Shown: positions 26,501 through 32,000 of the stretch, in pieces | How the letters are laid out: each line of letters starts with the position of its first letter | Numbering within the stretch: position 1 is the stretch's first letter | Origin: Corynebacterium glutamicum ATCC 13032 | GTDB taxonomy: Bacteria > Actinomycetota > Actinomycetes > Mycobacteriales > Mycobacteriaceae | Direction of reading: 5' to 3' | DNA length: 32,000 nt | Assembly: GCF_000011325.1 (NCBI RefSeq) | Contig: NC_003450.3 | Span: 180,001-212,000, forward strand | The notes under the pieces: generated by a model | The model's database searches: none | Seen by the model: only the letters and a program-made list of their open reading frames with translations | Told to the model about the DNA's origin: nothing | Position numbers and translations under genes: made by a program

Positions 26501-27011
26501 CTGGCAGACGGTTCACCTCTGTTGGTGAAAGATCCAACAGCACCTCACCGCGAACAATCACGTCAAGGTTACCGTCGATGGTGCGCACAAACAGACCACG
26601 GTTGGTGGCGTCCGTACTGTCCAGAGGCAACGTGCCCATCACCAACGACTGATTGTCATTGAGACTGTCCAGCGCGGACACAGGGATGGACGCATCCATC
26701 GACTGCGGTGCGTAGGAAATCAGCGGGGCGTTAACGCTGGAAAGCTCACCATTTTGTGGCCATGACAGCGAAGACTGCACCTGGTTCACTGGCAGGAAAG
26801 GCAACAGCACAAACATCAACAGGCCAAGCAGACCTGATGAGATAGCCAGTTTCTTCAGCCAGCCCGGGGCAACCTGCGGGGGTTCTTGCGCAGAACCCTT
26901 TAGTTTCTTCGACTCAACTACATCTGACACGTTGATCGAGTCTAGTTGATGGCCCCCATTACCACCGACTTGGCGCATAGGGCTTGGGTCGTTTGGTGAG
27001 GAATTACTCAT
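23538..27011 (-). CDS. emb: Arabinosyltransferase Emb (GT-C, cell-wall arabinan; 1157 aa, or 1146 aa from ATG 26978)
   Basis: It has the size and architecture of a polytopic N-terminal membrane domain plus a large C-terminal extracytoplasmic domain. It shows conserved synteny downstream of aftA-dprE2-dprE1. ATG 27011 overlaps the aftA stop by 8 nt. Confidence 0.92.
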   Translation of the reverse strand: MSNSSPNDPSPMRQVGGNGGHQLDSINVSDVVESKKLKGSAQEPPQVAPGWLKKLAISSGLLGLLMFVLLPFLPVNQVQSSLSWPQNGELSSVNAPLISYAPQSMDASIPVSALDSLNDNQSLVMGTLPLDSTDATNRGLFVRTIDGNLDVIVRGEVLLDLSPTEVNRLPDDAILEISSTEETTSAEITGTAFSGETEGDERPQVTGVYTELVDDPSTASALASAGLNVDIEINSRFTSSPSLLKYAAIFIGLASVLVSLWTLHRMDILDGRKAHRFLPANWYKLKPLDGVVVAILVFWHFLGANTSDDGFIMTMARVSQNADYMANYYRWFGVPESPFGAPYYDLLALMAYISTSSIWLRLPALLAGLIMWFVITREVMPRFGSLVNGRRVAHWSAAMVFLAFWLPYNNGTRPEPIIAMGALLAWVSFERAIATSRLLPAAIGVIIATISLASGPTGLMAVAALLVSLSALIRILYRRLPLIGASRGASKSKVFGASMAMLAPFLASGTAILIAVFGDQTLSTVMESISVRSAKGPALTWYHEYVRYQTVMEQTVDGSFTRRFAVLMLMACLAIVVIAILRYGRIPGAAKGPSLRLMMVIFGTMFFMMFTPTKWTHHFGVYAGLAGALAGLAAVGLSYVAVKSPRMRTISIGAFLFLLALALAGVNGFWYTSSYAVPWWDKTIQIKGIEASTVVLVIAVIVLIIGVIQSFVHDVKTAQAETNHSMGELVAEDEAKRERASRFTGLAASPIAGVSALVVLITCASMGKGFVDQYPAYSVGLGNLRSLTGNTCGLASDAMLETNSNDSFLTPVNSTLGESLESEDIRGFSAAGIPPSISQDQADLSAVGAIANTDDSTETGGSDESSGQSTGNTGGVRGSEGINGSNARLPFNLDYTQVPVVGSWSAGTQNPANITTDWYEIPEATEEAPIIVVSAAGRIEHYDINGVRQSGQSVMLEYGRLRDNGDVEDLGEAMMYDIGPEPSWRNLRYPLDQLPEEADVVRIVATDVNLDEDQWVALTPPRVPNLDSLNNVIGSETPGLLDWAVGLQFPCQRTFDHYAGVTEIPEYRISPDHGGKSTLSPFQDWAGGGSMGTAEAVNNAYEIPSYLRNDWGRDWGSIERYSLRTNSNGDAPKVADINLETIQRSGLWNPGHMKVDE

Positions 27012-29037
27012 TGTGCGTTACCACCACGAAAGGTCCCACTTGCTTGGTCTGCCACATCTGATCAAATGACTCCGGGTTAAAGTACACGCCGCGGAAGCGC
27101 ACGTTTGGATTGTTCGGGTACAGATCTTCAGCCACGTCGTATTTCCAACCGGCGTCAGGATCATCGATGGAGCCACGGAAGATGAACACCTCAGGGATCG
27201 TCCATGGAGAGGTGTTCAAGGCGTCGCTGAATTGTTGAGGATCAGCCAACTCATCCCAGCTTCGGATCGCGAGATCTTCGATGAATGCGTTCCTGTTTCC
27301 GAACTCACCAAGCGGGTTGGCGTAGTGGGAAGTAAAAGCTTGGTATCCGCGATAAGGGTAGTAGGACATGAAATCGAGTTCGTCTGTCAGCACGACAGTT
27401 TCGGAAGGCTCGAATCCTTGATCAAGCAGATGATCGTTGATGTCCTTGTAATAACGTGCAGCTCCGGCCGGATACAGATCCGCGCGCTCGCCGTAGCCAT
27501 CAGTATCGGTATAGGCCAGATCGATAGCTCGTGCGTTCTTCTGCGGCAGATCTTGCGCGTAGTAGAGGCCGCCAAGCAGCACGAGGACCACAATTAGATT
27601 GGTCAGATGGGTGGCCGTGCGCTCTGTGATTTGGGTGGGGTAGAGCTGATACACACTGGCAAGGCGGAAATCTGCAATGCCCAACACTCCAGCCGTGGCA
27701 AAAATAAGCACCAGCACCGTATCAAGACGGAATCCAAGCAACGTGTTGCCCAAAAGCGTGATCGCCATGGACATGCCCATCCAGGCATAAAACACTGCGA
27801 TGCCGACCCACATCGCGCGCACCTCATTGTTGTGGAAACGCACCACCAAATAGATCAGGCCAACAAGACACAACAGTCCCACAACGCTTGATGCCAAGAA
27901 AGGAACCGGGAATTGGGTGCCTTCAAGAGGCAGGTAGTGTGTTGCGGAATCGCCAGAGCGCTCCGCTCCGTTGATGGAGGCCAGAAGGTAAGGACCCCAA
28001 GAAATCAACGCAATGACAATGGATCCACCACCCAGCACTGCAAGCCACAGCAGTGGTTTGATGGAGCGCTGCACAATAGCCGCCACCACGATGCACACCG
28101 CGACCGCAGAAAGCGCGATAGCACCGGTGAACAAAGTATAGAAAGTAGCCGAAACACCCAAGTAAATAATGCCGCCGGCAAGCGCAAACTTATCGCCCTT
28201 GGCAATGCGGGAAGCCAGCACGAGCATCGCTGGAATACCCATCGCAACGATTGCAGCGTAGGGCTCTTCGGAATTCATCGCCAAGATAATGCAGGTTGTC
28301 ACCAACGCAATGCCTGTTGCCACCGGCAGGGAACCGGTGATGCGCTGCCACACTGGAACTAACACAGAAGCAGCAACTGCCATGGACACAATTGCCCATG
28401 GCTGGAAAGCTTCCCAACCGGGCAGCCCCAAAAGATTGGCCAAGCGACCACCGAGCCAGAACCATCCAGCAGGGTAGAAGGTAGGCATATCGATGTAGTT
28501 CATGTCCGACAAGCCGATATCGTCAGCCATGCGGGTTAAAAACTGAGTTCTAAAGCCCTGGTCAACGCTGATTCCGTCCAAATACAGGCGGGTCGCAGAC
28601 AGCGGAATAGCCAACACCGCAACCACCAGCGCAGCTGGGCTTAAGTAAGACGCCAGATACGTCAGCGCCGTCCGCCACTTGGGCCTTGGCTTGACGTCCT
28701 CCAACTCCCACCGCGGATTGCTCTGATGTTCATCGCGCAGCCACAGCCACGTCAAAAAACCCGTGACAATCAAAACCGCAGCGATGGTGGCAGAAGCAAC
28801 AGCCCTCGTGACATTCGATGGGCCGAAAGCTGGAAGGTTTGTTTGTTTTAAACCCATCCACAACACCAAAGCAAATGCGAAAGCCAGGATGGCAGCTCCC
28901 ACAATTGCAACAAGTGTAGCTTTCCTGTTTAGACGATCAGGCCGATACACTTCGCCTTCAGGCACACGTGATGGACCATAAGGATTCAAATCCTCATGAA
29001 CCACGACTGCACCTTCATCTTCAGAGGTGTTAATCAT
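27004..29037 (-). CDS. aftA: Arabinofuranosyltransferase AftA (GT-C, 677 aa)
   Basis: It is a polytopic membrane protein with a C-terminal soluble domain. Its position between dprE2 and emb matches the Rv3792 position in Corynebacteriales. Confidence 0.88.
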   Translation of the reverse strand: MINTSEDEGAVVVHEDLNPYGPSRVPEGEVYRPDRLNRKATLVAIVGAAILAFAFALVLWMGLKQTNLPAFGPSNVTRAVASATIAAVLIVTGFLTWLWLRDEHQSNPRWELEDVKPRPKWRTALTYLASYLSPAALVVAVLAIPLSATRLYLDGISVDQGFRTQFLTRMADDIGLSDMNYIDMPTFYPAGWFWLGGRLANLLGLPGWEAFQPWAIVSMAVAASVLVPVWQRITGSLPVATGIALVTTCIILAMNSEEPYAAIVAMGIPAMLVLASRIAKGDKFALAGGIIYLGVSATFYTLFTGAIALSAVAVCIVVAAIVQRSIKPLLWLAVLGGGSIVIALISWGPYLLASINGAERSGDSATHYLPLEGTQFPVPFLASSVVGLLCLVGLIYLVVRFHNNEVRAMWVGIAVFYAWMGMSMAITLLGNTLLGFRLDTVLVLIFATAGVLGIADFRLASVYQLYPTQITERTATHLTNLIVVLVLLGGLYYAQDLPQKNARAIDLAYTDTDGYGERADLYPAGAARYYKDINDHLLDQGFEPSETVVLTDELDFMSYYPYRGYQAFTSHYANPLGEFGNRNAFIEDLAIRSWDELADPQQFSDALNTSPWTIPEVFIFRGSIDDPDAGWKYDVAEDLYPNNPNVRFRGVYFNPESFDQMWQTKQVGPFVVVTHNE

Positions 29038-29144
29038 GATAGAAGTCTTTCATACTCAACGAGCATTGCTGGGATCGAGGAGCAAAATTACAAGTATGTA
29101 TTAATGAGTCTCACGTGCTATCTGCTTTCAGAGCTTGCCATATG

Positions 29145-29184
29145 TAAAACCCGCCATCCTTTAAAAATTTTGAGGACGGCGGGT
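29145..29184 (-). terminator. Terminator-like hairpin downstream of dprE2
   Basis: On the minus strand: ACCCGCCGUCC - 14-nt loop - GGAUGGCGGGU (11 bp, one G-U), followed by UUUAC. The long AU-rich loop and short U-tract make it only moderate. Confidence 0.5.
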
Positions 29185-29206
29185 CGCGTAACTTCCGTAA
29201 CTTCCG

Positions 29207-29968
29207 TTAGAACGGCAGCTTGCGGAAGATTGCTCGCGGAATGAATTGGAACGCAAAAGAGACGTACTGGAACAGTGGGTGGACAAAGATGATGTCCTTC
29301 TTGTTCACCACTGCATCATAAACAGCATCTGCCACGTCTTCGCGGTTGACGGTCAGTGGGGCTTCGCCACCATCTGCGGACATCTTGGTGCGTACCTGGC
29401 CTGGGCGAACCACCAATACGTTGGCACCGGATCCACGCAGGGCTTCGCCGAGCTGGGTGTAGAAACCGTCGAAACCTGCCTTGGCGGAGCCGTAGACAAA
29501 GTTGGAGCGGCGGACTCGCTGGCCTGCCACAGAGGACAATGCCACGATGGTGCCGTGGCCCTGCTGCTCAAATTTCTGGCCCAGCAGTACACCTACGGAA
29601 ACGCCGGCGGTGTAGTTCACGGTGGTTGCTTCCACTGCTAGTGCTTGGTCGCGCCACTGTGCTTCGTTGTCGCCGAGGATGCCGAAAGCCACGATTGCTA
29701 CGTCAACGTCGCCGTTTTCAAAGGCTGCGTCGATGGCTGCAGGGTGGGATTCGGTGTCGAGCGCATCGAAATCAACAACAGCAACGGAAGCAGCGCCAGC
29801 TGCTTTGATCTCTGCGACTGCTGCGTCCACGCGTGGGGAATCTTTACGCGCTGCCAAGGTCACATGGGATGGACCCTGCTTGAGGAAGCGGGAGACAATG
29901 GAAATACCGATCTCAGAGGTTCCACCAAGAAGGAGAATGTTTTGGGCTTTGCCCACTGCGTTAAGCAT
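29207..29968 (-). CDS. dprE2: Decaprenylphospho-2'-keto-ribose reductase DprE2 (SDR, 253 aa)
   Basis: SDR signatures are present: LLLGGTSEIG cofactor loop and the YGSAK catalytic YxxxK. It lies 20 nt downstream of dprE1. Confidence 0.9.
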   Translation of the reverse strand: MLNAVGKAQNILLLGGTSEIGISIVSRFLKQGPSHVTLAARKDSPRVDAAVAEIKAAGAASVAVVDFDALDTESHPAAIDAAFENGDVDVAIVAFGILGDNEAQWRDQALAVEATTVNYTAGVSVGVLLGQKFEQQGHGTIVALSSVAGQRVRRSNFVYGSAKAGFDGFYTQLGEALRGSGANVLVVRPGQVRTKMSADGGEAPLTVNREDVADAVYDAVVNKKDIIFVHPLFQYVSFAFQFIPRAIFRKLPF

Positions 29969-29988
29969 TGTTTAGTTCAAGCCCTTTC

Positions 29989-31455
29989 TTAAGAAAGCTC
30001 AAGTCGGCGGGACATGTCAGATGCAAAGACTCCGGTTGGGTCGATCTCATTTCGAGTCTTCAACCAGCCTTCCATACCTGGGTACATGGCGTGGAAGTTC
30101 TCTGCGGAGGTGCGGGATTCCTTGGCCAGGTAGAGGCGGCCGCCGAATTCCATGACGCGCTTGTCCAGATCGTCCAAGAAAGCTCCCAGACCTGGGCGGA
30201 TAGGGAAGTCAACGCAGACGTTCCAGCCTGGCATTGGGTAGGACAGTGGTGCGCGGTTGCCTGGGCCAAACAGTTTGAACACGTTGAGTGCGGAGTAGTG
30301 GCCGGACTTTTGCATATCGCGGATGATGTCCTTGAAAGGCTCAACAGCTTCTGTGGGGACCACGAACTGGTACTGCAGGAAGCCCTTGGAGCCGTAGCCA
30401 CGGTTCCATTCGCCGATCAAATCCAGTGGTTGGTAGAACTGGGTGAGGTTTTTCACCTGGTTTTTCGCTGGTGCACCCATGGCGTAGTAAGCCACACCGA
30501 CTGCGGAAAGGGTCAGCTTGTTCAAAGTCCAGGATGGGAAGATATCTGGAACCTTCATCAGCTGTGGAGCATTAAACTTCAGTGGATCCTTGGCCAGCTT
30601 TGGTGCCAATTCTTCCAGCTGAGCAAGTGTTGCCAGGGAACCACGGGAGATGGTGGAGCGGCCAAGCTTTGGCTCAGGGCTGATGACATCGAACCACGCA
30701 GAAGAATAGGTGTAGTTGTGCTCTGATCCGTCGGAGTGGAACGCAACGGTTTCTTCCAAGTTGTTGGTGCGGTCGGTGTCCGCAATGAAGTAGGCGGTTT
30801 CCGTCTTGGTCATGCGGATGCGTGCACGGACGATGATGCCGGTCAGGCCCATGCCACCAACGGTTGCCCAGAACAGGTCGCCCTGTGGGTCTTCGGCGGT
30901 GCCTTCTGGCTCGAGGTGCAGGATGCGTCCGTCTGCAACGAGGAGTTCCATGGAGACCACGTGGTCGCCGAAGGAACCTGCAGAGTGGTGGTTCTTACCG
31001 TGGATGTCTGGTCCGATTGCGCCACCGATGGTGACTTGGCGGGTGCCGGGAAGGACAGGAACCCAGAGGCCATATGGCAGGGCAGCCTTCATGAGCTGAT
31101 CGAGGGTGACGCCGCCATCTACATCGACGATCGCAGAATCAGGATCAATCGAGTGGATTTTGTTCAGTGGCTGCATGTCAATGACAAGGCCACCGGCGTT
31201 TTGGGCTGGGTCACCATAGGAACGACCCATGCCACGGGCAATCACGCCGCGCTTGAGGTAGTCCGGCTTGGAGTCGTTTTGTTCAGCGACTTGGCGGACT
31301 GCATCCACAATGATGTCTAGGTCTGGGGTGGTAAGTACCTCAGCGGTGGTGGGGGCTGTGCGGCCCCAACCGTTCAGTTTCTGAGCTTCTAGGGGAAGGG
31401 CTCCGTGGGCACCGGCCGAAGCGCCGGAGCTGGACGTGCCGTGAGAACTGTTCAT
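29989..31455 (-). CDS. dprE1: Decaprenylphosphoryl-beta-D-ribose 2'-oxidase DprE1 (FAD, 488 aa)
   Basis: FAD-binding PCMH domain (GMGRSYGD). The conserved [10 protein letters not shown] block carries Cys414 (codon 30214-30216). The gene shows synteny with dprE2-aftA-emb. Confidence 0.93.
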   Translation of the reverse strand: MNSSHGTSSSGASAGAHGALPLEAQKLNGWGRTAPTTAEVLTTPDLDIIVDAVRQVAEQNDSKPDYLKRGVIARGMGRSYGDPAQNAGGLVIDMQPLNKIHSIDPDSAIVDVDGGVTLDQLMKAALPYGLWVPVLPGTRQVTIGGAIGPDIHGKNHHSAGSFGDHVVSMELLVADGRILHLEPEGTAEDPQGDLFWATVGGMGLTGIIVRARIRMTKTETAYFIADTDRTNNLEETVAFHSDGSEHNYTYSSAWFDVISPEPKLGRSTISRGSLATLAQLEELAPKLAKDPLKFNAPQLMKVPDIFPSWTLNKLTLSAVGVAYYAMGAPAKNQVKNLTQFYQPLDLIGEWNRGYGSKGFLQYQFVVPTEAVEPFKDIIRDMQKSGHYSALNVFKLFGPGNRAPLSYPMPGWNVCVDFPIRPGLGAFLDDLDKRVMEFGGRLYLAKESRTSAENFHAMYPGMEGWLKTRNEIDPTGVFASDMSRRLELS

Positions 31456-31531
31456 CGCCTTTAAAGGTTACCCCCGAAAATTTTCAGGTGGTGAAGACAA
31501 GCGTGAAATCGTCCAATCTCACATTTATTGC

Positions 31532-31768
31532 CTAAAGATCCATGAGTTCACGAATCTCTGCGGGGATTTCTTCCTGGGAGCTAATTGTTGGGCCGTCGTA
31601 TTCCCGAAGCAGGCGGTAGACCTCTGAACGTGAGGTGCTATCGAGCAGGGGGAGTTCCTGGGCGAAGAGGCGGGTCATGAAATCGTTAAGCGGAAGGTTG
31701 GTGCGTTCCGCCGCGATGTGGACCTCGGGAGCCTTGGCTTTTTTGAATCTTTCAAACATGCCCACCAC
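31532..31768 (-). CDS. Small hypothetical protein (78 aa from GTG 31768; 75 aa from ATG 31759)
   Basis: An ORF 76 nt upstream of dprE1 on the same strand. I recognise no family. Confidence 0.45.
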   Translation of the reverse strand: MVGMFERFKKAKAPEVHIAAERTNLPLNDFMTRLFAQELPLLDSTSRSEVYRLLREYDGPTISSQEEIPAEIRELMDL

Positions 31769-31794
31769 CTTAATCAGTGAGTAGTCTTGGCAAC

Positions 31795-32000
31795 ATGGAT
31801 ACCAGGATGAGATTGCAGGTAGCAGCAGGTTCCGCGCTGATTGGTGCTGGGGTTGCGGTTAATGATTACGTACAAAGCCCAGTCCGCCGGGCCATCAGTT
31901 ATGGTGCGTTGGCGCTTTCTGGGGCGACGGTGATTGCGATGGGTCAGGACCCGACTGGGGAGCGGTCCATCATTGCGAAAGATTCCGCGACGATGGTTGA
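31795..32000 (+). CDS. Hypothetical protein, N-terminal fragment running off the window
   Basis: The frame is open from ATG 31795 to the window end (68 codons, no stop). It is divergent from the 31768 ORF and has a hydrophobic, Gly/Ala-rich N-terminus. It is not in the supplied ORF track. Confidence 0.3.
   Translation, partial: MDTRMRLQVAAGSALIGAGVAVNDYVQSPVRRAISYGALALSGATVIAMGQDPTGERSIIAKDSATMV

Noticed and set aside
29187-29207. A 9-bp tandem repeat CGTAACTTC occurs 2.3 times immediately 3' of the dprE2 stop.
   Set aside because: It is very short, lies between a stop codon and a terminator-like hairpin, and suggests no function. It is likely replication slippage.
29968-30726. A 252-aa plus-strand ORF lies antisense to dprE1. 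Similar antisense ORFs occur at 4062-4652 and 30736-31320.
   Set aside because: These are antisense shadows of strongly supported genes. No RBS or family signal is present.
1-32000. I looked for CRISPR arrays, tRNA/rRNA genes, integrases and phage or defence-system gene sets.
   Set aside because: I saw no regularly spaced repeats, no cloverleaf-like or rRNA-like segments, and no integrase or defence hallmarks. The only mobile element is the IS30-family copy.

Overview
The window reads as a high-GC actinobacterial chromosome. I recognise the gene content and order from memory as Corynebacterium glutamicum (ATCC 13032-like); no search was run.

Left to right, the window contains:
- The 3' end of a Gfo/Idh/MocA dehydrogenase gene.
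- A small two-gene module that looks like a type II toxin-antitoxin pair.
- A LacI regulator divergent from an oxidoreductase plus sugar-phosphate isomerase/epimerase operon, with a perfect 14-bp operator-like palindrome between them.
- A visibly more AT-rich accessory stretch (about 5.1-10.7 kb). It carries an orphan ORF, cspA, a membrane-protein/winged-helix-regulator pair, an O-methyltransferase gene broken by an in-frame TGA, a LacI-GNAT pair and a small membrane protein.
- The myo-inositol/sugar MFS transporter iolT1.
- An intact IS30-family element (ISCg2-like, 1636 bp, 26-bp imperfect IRs, CTA target duplication) sitting in the centre of a 35-bp near-palindrome.
- A stand-alone PAS-domain gene divergent from gltB-gltD (glutamate synthase).
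- A small membrane-protein gene split by an in-frame TAA, and a GCS2-type carboxylate-amine ligase.
- The conserved arabinan cluster emb-aftA-dprE2-dprE1.

I see no rRNA, tRNA or CRISPR.

Nothing here convinces me of a wholly new multi-gene system. The most checkable oddities are:
- the toxin-antitoxin-like pair with tandem operator-like repeats;
- two genes interrupted by in-frame stop codons;
- the palindromic IS target and a diverged ~50-bp direct repeat flanking the IS;
- a 61-bp tandem repeat carrying a perfect palindrome upstream of cspA;
- the orphan PAS gene next to gltBD.
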